Shown piece after piece: positions 39,101-52,000 of a stretch of 64,000 bases of DNA. The first letter of the stretch is position 1. Every line of letters starts with the position of its first letter. Location of the stretch: NCBI RefSeq assembly GCF_947568905.1, contig NC_079164.1:71362001-71426000 (forward strand), written 5' to 3'. The DNA comes from Ostrea edulis. Its lineage: Eukaryota. The notes beneath the pieces are model-generated. The model saw only the letters and a program-made list of their open reading frames with translations, searched no databases and was not told the origin of the DNA. A program made the translations under genes and the position numbers.

Positions 39101-41888
39101 GCACTGGATCTGCCACTGAAAACAAACAATTGTTGACTCTTACCCTTGCAATTTGCACAAATGCATGTGATGAATATTGTGGGAATACAAATCCATGCTC
39201 TGCCTCCACTATATGGTCAATGTTTGCCACTTGAAGGTAGACATTCAGCCAGGAGGTAATAGTCATGGGGGCCAAGTCCCAATTCAATTCCTTCAACAGA
39301 AAAACATACCATTTTAAATCAATCAACAAAATTGTTATCTACAATAATACATTCATAAAGATTGAAAATACCCCCATTTATAACAGTGTAACAGAATGCT
39401 TTTGCCATGACTTGTTTTTGATCTGGCTGAAGATGACCTCTGTACGCAGTAAACAAACATACCTTTAAAATAACAAGTTCTTGTTCTAATATCTCCGTCT
39501 CTGAGCATGCACCATCCGTGACGTAAGCAAATTCTGCCAATTTTGGTGGATAAATTTCCTGCAAGTGTCAGAGTATGGTAAAGTTAGACGTTTGTATGCG
39601 AGGAAGTTGGAGTGGGACAAAACCAAGTAGATTTTGTCAAGTAACAATGTCAGTCTAAAATGGTTTATATTAATCACTTGTTAAATTCCAGGAAATCTTT
39701 TCCAATGGTTAACAGTTCTAGAATGATTTTTCTTTAAACTCAAGACTTTACCTCCAACTTAGCTGCAATGAAGAGCGCAGTTATTCCTACAAGCTGAAGT
39801 TGGTGTTTCATCACATTTTTTGTGGTACTCAGAAAACGGTCAATGAAATCAACGCTGAGGTAGAAAGTTTCTCTGTGCAATCTGTACACCTCACACACCT
39901 AAAAATATGGTTTGAACATGTTTTATTACATATTCACAAGTGTATATAAAAAAAACCAAACAAACAAAAAACCGACAGAAAAAACATGATACTATCGTAA
40001 TGTCCATCTCTTACAACATTACAATCTAATGCTTGCATATATCAATTTGCAGTAAAAACTAAAATTAGTCGTGTACCATTACTCAAATTACATTCACTGC
40101 AACTTTTAACGTCTTTAAATTTCTACTTTCTAAAAGTAATAAAATCAATTGAAAACCTGTAAGTAATAATTTCCACAAGATTACCTCTATAATCCAATCC
40201 AGAAGTATGGATCTCATCCGAGCCTGCAACGTCGGATGAAAATCGAACATTCTACGATTTCTGTTATACAGCAATTCTTTTTGAAGCATCAATGTCCACA
40301 CTTCTTGGGAATCTGCCCAACTAAACTTGGGCAAAGGAGATAGTCTGCACACATGGGTGCAAATGTTTTTAAATCTGAATTGGGATTTAAGAACAACATC
40401 TGGGGAGGACTTAACATCCAACTCTGGAGAAAGGGGTTCACTTGGCACAAGGGTACAGGTAGTGATGGAAGAATTTTCTGATATAGGAATAAACTGGTTC
40501 TGAAAACAAAAGATTACATTTGCTTATCTTCACTTAACATATAATCTTGGCCATCTGTTGTACAATTATGCATGTTCAGGAGTATCATATGCCAGGCGAC
40601 ATGATCAGTCAAATCGATAGCTCTTTTTCTTTTACACACTACCAGCACAAATATTATAACATAAGACACACATTTATTTGAACCCTATAGACATACCCCC
40701 TATACTCTCTATAGTAAGATTTACTGAGTAATGGTATTGTATTCCATTATCTTTGACACTAATCCTGAAAGAACTTTTTTTTCTTTCCATGTTGCTTCTC
40801 ATATTTGTTCATTAGACACCCATACTATAAACTTTTGATATTTGAGGCATACCTTCTTAATAGTGGAACCCCCCACCCCCAAATTATAAAAATAATAAAG
40901 ATTTTTGAAAAAATAATGAAAAATTTCAATTAAGAATTTAAACCAAGCTGGTTCAATTCCTACCACTAATAATTGTATTTTCATTATTAAAGTTTGCTAA
41001 TTTACCAAAATTTAATGGCCCCACTCCTAAATAATGAAAACAGTAACTTAGAATTATCATACATTCTCCTCTAACTTAGCCTAAAAGACTGCCAAAAACT
41101 TCAATGGAATAAAGCAAAAACATTGTGGTATTATCCCTTAAGAAATACTACACACCAAACGGGTACAATGAAATTGTTTATCCTGTGGTATCTCAGCTTG
41201 GGATTCACACAAGAAACTGTCATTTCATGAAGACCCTAGCTTGGAACACCAAGCTGTCAACTCGTTCATTCATTCGATTTCTTTTGACACAAAGTTCAGA
41301 TTTTCGCTGCACGATATAATAATCTTTATTGTTGACTCTAACAACTCGCTTATAAGATATATACAAACTTCTCACATTTATTTTGTTTTTAGTCAGTTTT
41401 TTGTAGTACATGGATAATTAGGTCATGGCGCCAGTTTTTCCCACACTAAACATAAAATAAATATTGCAATAAGAATTAAAAATGCATACCTCTATTCTAA
41501 ACTGCTTGCTACGTTTATTCATATTCACATCTTCCTCGAATGCCTACAACAAAATCAATCCATTTCGTTAACTTCATTTTTCTCTCAAACACCGGAATGA
41601 ATGAACAAAGAAATAGCGTTCATGGCCGCAAGGGCGCTCAAAAAAGTTTTTCAACTTCCTACCTCATCGGCTTTCCTTTTCCTTCTGATTTTCTTATAAA
41701 CTTCACTTTCCTCTTCGTCCTTTACTTTTGACAGCAATCGTGCACTATAATTGCAAGAGAGAATATGTTTTAATACCGAAATGGGCGAGCAAGTCATTTA
41801 TCAACCGCTTCGTTGATCACACAACAAACAAAATGGCGCGAGGAATGGTCGCGGGGGTAGGCGGTTAAACTCACCTTTTTCTCGACAT
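36175..41888 (-). CDS. CCNE: G1/S-specific cyclin E, 440 aa; exons 41888-41875, 41744-41663, 41543-41490, 40499-40185, 39898-39752, 39558-39463, 39290-39144, 38633-38522, 37941-37784, 36372-36175
   Basis: Ten GT-AG exons sum to 1323 nt in frame. MSRKSARLL N-terminus; cyclin box '[34 protein letters not shown]...[54 protein letters not shown]'; C-terminal phosphodegron QLTPPHSG. Confidence 0.96.
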
Positions 41889-43092
41889 AGCTGTCGACCG
41901 ATCTGCCGATCGCTCAAATCTGAAATAAATCAAATATACATTTTAATGAAAAATTATCATTTATCACAAAATGTTACACCGATCTTGCAATTTTTGCATT
42001 TCCCGAAATTTTCTTCACATTTTAAGGCCAAACCAATTAATACACCGCTTCCAAAATAATTTCAATAAAAAAGTATCAGGTTGCTTTTATAGCATATTAT
42101 ACCACTGCTATTTCCTTAATCACATGATAAATACTGAAATACAGTTGTATCCATTATCGCAGAAAAGCGCGACATTATCAAAATTGGTCTCGAGACTGCA
42201 TGCTGCATGTATTTCACTAGATCCTCACATCGATCAGATAAAAATTCTTCACATAACAGTTGCATACTTATAAACTTTTCAATTATGAGATCCTTACATG
42301 TTGTTTCAGATCAGTTCATTGTGAAAAGACATGTCCAATATCAATCATATGAAGTTTCAATAACTTGTGCATCTACTCTCGTCGACAATTCGTCGAGTAA
42401 TAAGGTGCCCCCTACCGACACTATATCCCGCCAACGCTTTTCGGGTGGGAAACTGAATACATACAGTAATGCCAAAAATAATTGAGAATTTCCAAAACAG
42501 TGTCGAAATGAAAAAATATATTCCTTATTATATAAAATATAATTAAGAACTTCTAGGAATAATTTTCCAGCTTATTATTTGACTTCCGACCACGTAATGT
42601 AATGCGCGCCAAAGATAAGTTTTAAGTACAATAAAATCATTAAAAAATATATATAAAATAGTTTGATATGCATAGCTGTATTTCTTAGTTTCAAAACAGT
42701 TCTTAAGCAAGTATATATCTATGTCTTTAACAGACACAAAATAATTTCTTCTCTTCCTTGAAGTCGAGTTAAATTTCATTGTGTTTGGCAACAGTGAAAA
42801 CTTCTTATTGATTAATTTTAAAATTTCTTAATGAAAGTCGGGGTAATCATGATTGGATATGTTGCAATATGATTTCAACTTTTAGTTGAACGTAAATTTG
42901 CTAATTTTTTAGCGTAGTGGGTACATTTTAAATCACTTTTTATATCGGCAACAAAATGTAAACAACTTGCAAAATATTTTTATCTATACACGTGTAATTC
43001 CAAGTTCATCGGCATGCGCATTGAGGACAAACAAGATTGACCTCCGTTTATTTGTCCAATGGGGAAACACTGACGAAAGAGAAAGTAGAAGA
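41889..43092. promoter_or_regulatory. Putative bidirectional promoter between cyclin E and the BtpA-family gene, with an E2F-like site
   Basis: Head-to-head start codons 1.2 kb apart, locally CpG-richer; GCGCGCCAAA (TTTGGCGCGC) at 42604-42613. Confidence 0.5.
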
Positions 43093-46000
43093 ATGTTCCT
43101 CTCAAAAAGTCGTCCACTAGTAATTGGCATGATCCATGTGCCTGCCTTACCAGGTTGAAAATACGTTTTGCATGTTGTAAAGTTCACCACGCATGATGTA
43201 AAAGCAGATAGCCTAGCTACACGTAATACGTGATAGTATAAATAAGAGTTATGTGTAGATACTTACTCATCATCACAAGTCATGATCAGCGTATTAAAAA
43301 AATTAACAATTTCACTTAACTGCCAAAGTAGGAATAGAATGGCTTGTTAGTTTGGTTTCTAACGGGTTAGAAGTTTATTCAGCTCTGAACCGGTGTATCT
43401 ACGGGGCAGTGTTCCCCGTGGCGATACCACATCATAATCTGATTAGGAGACCAGTAAATGATGCTAAATATGATCAGATATATATTTTCACACCAGTTTT
43501 CTAAAAGGATTAAAATTTATTAGGTCTTTCACCTCTCTTCCAGACCACAGTGTGACTATTACATAACTGTGCTAGCAGCTATTTAATGTAAAGTGTTTAC
43601 ATAAGCAGAACTTGATAATTTAATTTATTACACTAACCATAATTCTAATATTAATGGTAATCAAATCAATCTTCAGTGTAGGAAAGGACACAGAGAGAGA
43701 AAACCAATTTGTTTACTAAATTTAAACAACTTTTACTTTTAACTAAGTCAAAACTGCAAGTTATTTTAAAAATCATTAAATTAGAAAATGTTATGTACAT
43801 GTTGTACAACATGACATATATATATCTCTATATATAATTTTTTAAGTTGAGTTATTTCTGTAGGAGAATATATATGTCTAAGGTAATTATATTTCAGTTA
43901 TAAATCTTTACAGGTACACCTAAGAATAGAAAGAAAATTGCTGAAATTTGTGAAATAGTACAAAAAGAAGCTTTGATTTACCATAATGCAGGAGTGGTAA
44001 GTTCTCTAAGGTAAATTAATACATCCCAAAATGTATACCATATGCTTTCTCATGACTTTGAGATTGTAACCTCCATTAGCTGTTAAATTGGGATTTGTAC
44101 CCATGCAGTAAACTTTTGTTTATTATACACAAACTTGATACATACCTTATGGTGATGATGTTGATATCCATTGTGAGGTGTAGATAGTCATAAAAGTTTC
44201 ACACTATTGTCTAACATTTTATATGAAATACACCAACATGACAGGCTTCACATAATTTTGAGGTAATCATCAAAGGTATTTGAGTCAGGTGCCTCAAGTA
44301 ATCACAACAAAGACTAAACAATTAATTACTGACAGGTAAACAGGTTAACTACATGAACACTGATGTGATTTGGAGTGAGTTGTGATGAAATTGGACATTG
44401 ACAGATATAATTATTGCATGTAATTGAAGTGCTCTTTCATGTTGAGTAATTATGACACAAAAATTGAATAATTTACTAGTAATTCACATAATTGATATGA
44501 CCAATTCCTTTCAGCTTGTTTTTTTATTATTCTAAACTTTTAATTATGTTTCTCCTAAAAACAGTAAATATGTAAATTTTTAAAAAAGTTTCCAATAGAA
44601 TATTTGACCAATAATTGTTTGAACTCTCTTCAGATGCACTATATAGTGACATTTGTAGTAAATATAATCACACATTTTAATCTCTTTATTGCTTAAGACA
44701 TGCATCTTATCACATTAATGTTACATGTATACATAAAAATGGCATAGTCTGAAGGTGTACAAATTTAAACATACAAATCAAATTTTTGAAAAAGTATCAT
44801 TATATCAGACCCTCTGTCTTTAAATTAATTCAACTTTTATCGACACAGAATGAACAGACATTATGTAACTTGGGTAGATTTATTAAGAATTCCTCTGAAA
44901 TTTGAAATACTAATGTATAAGCACAATTTCTATTCTTTCTTGACCTTTATATGATTTAAGATTTATTACAATGTATACTTTGTCTATAAGCTAGCTGTAT
45001 TTGCTTTTGACTAATAAACAACAACATAAATGTACATGTCGAAGTATTTCAACAGAGAATATAACTTTTAAACAAGGTTTTGATTTAATCTAAACAGTAT
45101 TTTATTATGAAAATTCACAATAGGATTGGACAGCAGGCATTGCCTATATAAGTCCTCTCCGTAGAATGTACAAGGTCATACAAACTTTAGAATATATAAA
45201 TAGTGTTACACAAAGGATATAATGATTTGAACATTGCAATAACATAGATAATTTATGACATAGCAGCTTGTAATCAATTCTACTATTGTATAGAATCAAT
45301 AAATAGTTTACACTTTAATCAGAAGATACAAAATAGGAAAAACAAAAACAAGGTTTTCTTGCAACTTGCAAGTTATGCTAGCTGTCATTTTGGTGTGGAA
45401 CATTTTTGTTGCAAAATTGTGATTTACTATATCAGTGACAGAAAACAATAAGGTTTCTAAACTTTCGTTATCAATATTTATGTTAGAAAACCTATCCAGA
45501 GGCTCTGAATGAAGCAAAATTACATTATTGTCATCCCATACAAAAATTTATTTATGTATAATGCTATATATTCAACAGAACCGAAATCTTTATTTTGATA
45601 AAATCTTATACTTAGTTATAATTTTATCAATGACTATGGTTAAAGTTATATACAAAACTGAAAATTACCCATTTTTACCAGAAAATAAAATCTTCAAATT
45701 TAGAGCTAAATTAATGTAACTTTAAGTGCAAGACATACATATTTCCATAAATTACAAAGTTCATGTACATGTACATTATGAACACTTAGTAATGTATAAA
45801 TTTGAAATCAGATGGTTTTTGCCAATGAGAATAGCATTTGTTACAGGATTCTATATTGGTGGAAAACATGCATGACCTTCCATATGTTCAAGGCAAAGAT
45901 ATCGGACCAGAGATTGTCTCCTGTATGACCAGAGTGTGTTCTGTAGCTAAACACACATTCCAGAAAGGGAGCAGAAACCAATATGCAGAAATAGTATAGC

Positions 46001-49000
46001 GAATTTTACTACCCAAATTAAAGCTGTCATTTTGGTGTTGAAAATTTCTGTTGCAAAATTGTGATTTACTATTTCAATGACAGAAAAAAATAAGGTTTAT
46101 TATCTTAAATTTGTCAATAATTTTTGTGTTAGTAAACCTCTCTAGGGACTCTGAATGAAGCAAAATTACATTATTGTCTTCCGGTACAAAAATTTATTTG
46201 CATACAGTGCTATATACTCAGTAGAGCTGAAATCTTTATTTTGATAAAATCTTAAACTTAGTTTTAATTTTATCAATGGCCATGGCTAAAGTTACATACA
46301 AAACTAAACATAATAGCACATTTTTACAACAAAATGAAATTTTCAGATTTAGAGGTAATATTAATTTAAATAAGAAATTCTGTATCATTTGATAGTAACT
46401 ACATGTATATGTTTGGGATGTAGAAGCTCATTCATGGCAAATTTATTTTTTAGGACCAGTTGGTTTGGTCAAAACTATCGGAAAATATTTTTCATATTAA
46501 ATTATATCAAATTATATCATTAATTTAAAAGTATTTACATGTACAGGCATATAAATTTAATCATGATTTTTCCCCCCTTTTTAAATGACATTAAAAAATA
46601 TTTGATTAAACATTTTTTCAATTATTTTTACAACAATTTTATAGGATATGTACCAAACACTTATTATTTGATATTTTCTTGTGATGGCAAGTACAGTGCA
46701 GATTCTATCTCATCAACATAGGCAAAATCTGAAAAAAGTCTTGCACACTGAAAGTCATTTTTCATATTTTAGGTCAAAATAATGGAAACATTTTGTCAGA
46801 GGTCTGATAATGCCAAAATATTATGCATTTGTGAAACAAAAATAATTCCCCCTTCCAGGCATAAATTTATTTTTTTTAAATGCAGACTAGAAATAGAAAA
46901 CAAGCCTGAACAGCTGTAACATGGGACTGAAGGTATAAAATAAACCTTCAAAGAGAAAGTAGATTATCTGCAGAATATCATATATTTAGAATTATGGTGA
47001 ATTAAGGGCATGGAATGATCACTGAATGACGTGTATTTATATTAGAATTTATCACAGCTCCTGCACATTCAGGTGAAGAGAAATGTGTCTGTCTGTTGTA
47101 GTAATCTTTATTAGTCCTGTAGTAAAATTAAAATAATCTCTTTTTTTCAATAGGTGGAATCTCTGAGGGTTTTGTTTAGAGCACTCCCATATGATATACA
47201 AGAACGGGCAGAAAACATTGATTACAGTAATTTTTACGAGGACAACAAAGAATGTGTATTGGTAAGTTAAACTTATACCTGCCTGACTTCTGTGGAAAAC
47301 TTAACTTCAATGATTACAATATTATCACAAGCCAAATGACATACATACATATTTATATGTTCACAGCAACGTGTGATTGTTTTTAGCTCACCTGAGCTTC
47401 ACTCAAGTGAACTTTTCCTGATCAATTAGAGTTTTTTCATCTTCTGTATGTATATTTTTCAACATCTTCTTCGATCAGTATCGCTGGGTTAGTTTGTACC
47501 AGTCAAGTTACAAAGTATTCATAAATGAATGAATGAAAACAGAATTTTAAAAAAATAGAGTAGGGATTACAAAAGCCTTCTTCCATGGGAAGAAAATGAA
47601 GAAGTGGTATAAATATGGCAAGGTCAATGAAAATGTATGGCTGAAATTCACATAACACATAATCAGGATTCATTACAAAGTGTGGATTCAAATTTACTAA
47701 AAACATGGCACCAGGGATCATGATGGGGCCACAGCAGGTGTTCTAATTATTACATAGGAATACCAATGCACATGGACAGGAAAATCCTTCAAAATCAAGG
47801 CTGCAATTAGTAAAATGAATACAGTGTACATACAAATACTAAAGACATGTACATTGTACATTAGGCTCTAGCTAACCAACGATTCTTAGCATTATAGAGT
47901 GTATGGGACAGCAACAAGTCTCAGATGAATATCAGGGTACTAGTCTTTAAAAATCTTATCAAAAAAATATTTGGCAATAGGGTTGAGGCAGTCAGTGTAA
48001 TAAATCTGTTTGTCCAATGTAAACTCCCAGAGCGTAACATTTCGTTAGATAATCAGATACAACACTTTCAAACAATAAACATGATAAAGAGCATTTCTGT
48101 TTATAGATTTAGGATCTGTACTGACAGGTGATAAATGCGTATAGTTTTTTTGGTCGTAATTGGTGATGACCACCCAACTCACTAGCGATTATGGTCAGCA
48201 TATCTGTTTACATGTACTGGCTTTATTAGATTAACCCAATCAAAACAACTTTCTATCGGAGAAAAATACATTGTATTTCATTTTAAAATTATTTTTGATA
48301 TATATTATACCACACTTTCGAAAGAAAGTTCAGGTATATTGTTGTTAACATGGTCTTTCTGCCCATCTGTCTGTCACACTTTCTTCTTCCTCAAACTCCT
48401 CTTTTATTTGAAGCAGTAACCCAATCGGATGACCTCAGGGCACTTGCCCTTCAGAATACACAATGCATTTTGAAATGTGCAGCAGGAATATATACCGTTT
48501 AGGGGTCAGGACCTCATTAGTTTTAAATATATTTCAACAATTATGAAATAGGGTTTGGGATGATCCCAGGGCACGTGCCCTACAAAATACTCTTGACATA
48601 TGCAGCAAGAATATATATGGGATAGGTTATATGGTAACTATTGTGGCTTCTTTGCTTATATAGTTACGCAAGTATGACAGAGAGTATATTTAAAGGCAAA
48701 CACTTGTGTGCGGATATTAATACTGTCTTATGACAGCATCTTGTTTTATTTGCTTTCAGTGTACATGTAAATCAGAATATATGAATCTTTATTTGTGCAA
48801 TTTATTTTTATTTAGGCACAATTTCCTGATTTTAATGAAGTAGGAAAGGGATTCTCCAAATCACATGCTAAAATAGATGGACTTCTCAATATCTGTGCTA
48901 ACCTTGTTGATCAAGGCATATTGGACCAGGATGTGGCATTGGTATGTCATATATAGTTCTGACTTCTTAACCTGCCAGTTAATTGATTATCTATCCTTCA

Positions 49001-52000
49001 AAGGGCAAACTGCTATTATCACCTGAATTTTCCTCCTTTTATAGGAGGAGTTTAGCATGAGAAAAGGGTCGGACATATGGGTAAGAATAAATTACATATC
49101 TGTAGAAATATACGCGAGAACATATTGATAAAATAAGCTGTACACAATTGTGATAATAATGTAGAGTTTAATCAGATTGCAATGCGTTGGTATTTTGAAT
49201 TGCTTCTCATGATGTACTGATTTCATTTCCTGTGGTAGGCACAATTTTAAATAAATCAAACAAATTACTGTTATGCTTATGAGGCTGTTTATGGAAAAGT
49301 CACAAAAGTTTTGGAATCAGCAAATTTTGATTGATAATATAATTATATTTTCATATAATGATAGTATATGATATTTATTCTTTATTTTTTAAACTTTATG
49401 AATGTTTTACCTATAATATTCCCCCAAAAGTCACCGTATAAATCATTATGAAAGGCAGATAACTCTTGTCACTACTGAAATTTGAAGGATTCATGCAAAA
49501 GACATTTAGCTTTGAATGACAACCAATATATTCATGACTGGGAAGAAGCATTACTTAATATTCTTGGCTGAAATTTACAGTAATCAAATAAACATAAAGA
49601 TCCCCTCCCCCACCCCACATGCAGCTGTATATGTTTAGATTTGTTTGTCAGATGATTTTTTTTTCAGTCTTCTTTGATAATATATAAGTCTCATGTTTTT
49701 ATATATAGTTTGCTCTAAAATAATTTTGAGTGAGATTATGGAAATTGCTATATTTAAAAGGATATTGAACCGATCCGTATCACTTTTTAAAAATTTACCA
49801 TATCAATGTCGGCATATCAAGCCAGCTCTATGTCACTTGTATGATGACTTAATAGTTAAGCTAGGGATTTCCCCACATGATACAATGTTTGTTTATGTAT
49901 TGAAATCCATTTTTACTTAAAATTATGCAATGCTTGGAAGAATTTTCCTTTAGTTTGAATATGCTGTTATTACTTGTTATTTTACTCAGGACACCTTAAC
50001 CCTGCTGTGCCACCAAGCCACCCTCCTCCCCCCCCCCCCCCCCCCAAAAAAAAACACTGGTGGGACTTGACATGCCGTGTTGTGTCACCTATATTATCAT
50101 TTTCATGGACAGACTCTTAGATAACATAATATAACTGCCTGACCTTGACACTGTGTTGTAATTTATCTTGTTGTGTTATTGTAGGTCTCTGAGAGGAATG
50201 TGCTCAATAAATTCCATAACTATTGTCAAATGAGAAACGTGTCCCTCAAGGTGGACGCAGTATGGGATGATCAACAGGAATTGTGAGCAGCTAGCTTATG
50301 TTGTACACTGTACATTGTATGTATAAGTCAATGCAGGTCATATCTTTTAACCTATGGTTAATTAGTTTCTTTGCTAAATTAAATATCTTTTTGGTCAGAC
50401 AAAATTGTACAGTTCCTTCATAGTTTGTTGAGGAAAAAAAACACTGTACCACTTCAAAGACACACCCACTTGACTTCAATTGACTTAAAATTAAAGCCAT
50501 ATAGCCTTCACTAATTGTTTTCAGCTGAGCTAATAGGTCAATACACCCATTGTTACATGAAAGACAAACATCATTACCTATCTTGGAACACTAATGCAGA
50601 CAATGTTTATTCTTCTTTTCAACAATACTAAATGCAAAGAAAACTCAGACCAAAATTTTTTTTGGTCAGGTTTAAAGGGTTAGTGTTTGTGGATGGTAAA
50701 CTAATGAGTGAAGCCTACGGGTGTTCAAAGAAAACTGCCAAGATGAAGAGCTGTCTGAAAGCCCTTCAAACGGTATCAAAAGAAGCTATTTCATATATTT
50801 TCACTATAATTGGGGTACACCTGAGTTAACATTTTATCATGTGACTTTAAATTCTGAAGTACAAATATCTTTCTCAGCTAATAGACATGAAAAATTGAAT
50901 TAAACAACTTGTTTATTTGTTTTCAGGAAGATTATGTTGGGATTCAGATTTTGGCAGGTGCCAATAAACAAGCACTGGCAGTAGCTCAGGCTGCAGGTAT
51001 AATAGTATTCTGTTTAGAAATGAAGGAAGTTAGCTCCTCAGCTTCTGAGCGCAACTGGGTACTAGGATGCTATAACTGTGTGTGTAATGGTTCAATACTA
51101 TATCATTGGTCCAAACATATACATTTATTACTTAGAACCTACCGAGGTTAAATTTTTGTTATGTCAATTCGAATATTGCAAGGGTTTGGAGAAAACTACA
51201 TTTTGTGGTGGAAGGATTGTTTAATCAAAAAGTTCTAAATCTGCATGATATTACAGTTTCTGTTTTATCCAATATATTGTCAATATGTATACCCCTAGAT
51301 GTGGGTTTCAATTTTGTAATTTATGATACAAGTTGTAGAGATTTGAGCAAATTCAAATATAAAATCAATAATTTGGAATGATATATTTTCCCAAAGAGAA
51401 TAAAATGTATAAATCAATTTACTCCAAAATTCAGTATTGGCCACTTTTTGATCTCCACTTTTTAAAGTTCCATTCTATATTTTAAGACAGCTGTAAATTT
51501 TAAAAATTGACCTTATACATCACTATAATGCACAGATCAAGTTTGTATTCGGTGAAGGTCAAAATATTTGGCAGAGCTATGCCCTTTGAACTTACAAAAG
51601 TTTGTATTTAGTTCCCTTCGAATAATTTTTGGAAGCATAATTGAGTCACTTGGACTTTGAAAAATTTCAAACAATTCAGTTTTCCTTCATTATTTCAGTC
51701 CTATATACACATTTTGAATTGAAATTTGGGATATTGATGCAGCACGAGAATTCACAGGCCAAGTTAAATTGGTTCCAGTCTGATAATTTTTGGCAGAGTT
51801 ATGCCTCTTAAGTTTAAGATTTAGTATACTCAGTTGGTTTTGTGGTATTATATATCTGTGTGTACATGTATATACAGGTCAATTACTTATGTGAGGTCCA
51901 GTCAGATACTAGCTTTTGTCCAAGTTATGGGCTAAGGAAATTTTATTAAACAGTTCATAGTGTCCGTGGTCATTTTGAATGAAATTTATGATTAAAACTT

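Noticed and set aside
41220-41411. Minus-strand ORF as a cyclin E exon
   Set aside because: The flanking exons join in phase without it; it ends in a stop and has no suitable donor.
47071-47086. 15-nt microexon (LLHIQ) before the dsRBD module
   Set aside because: AG/GT are present and the frame would be preserved, but the sites are weak and cannot be supported without reads; left out of the gene model.
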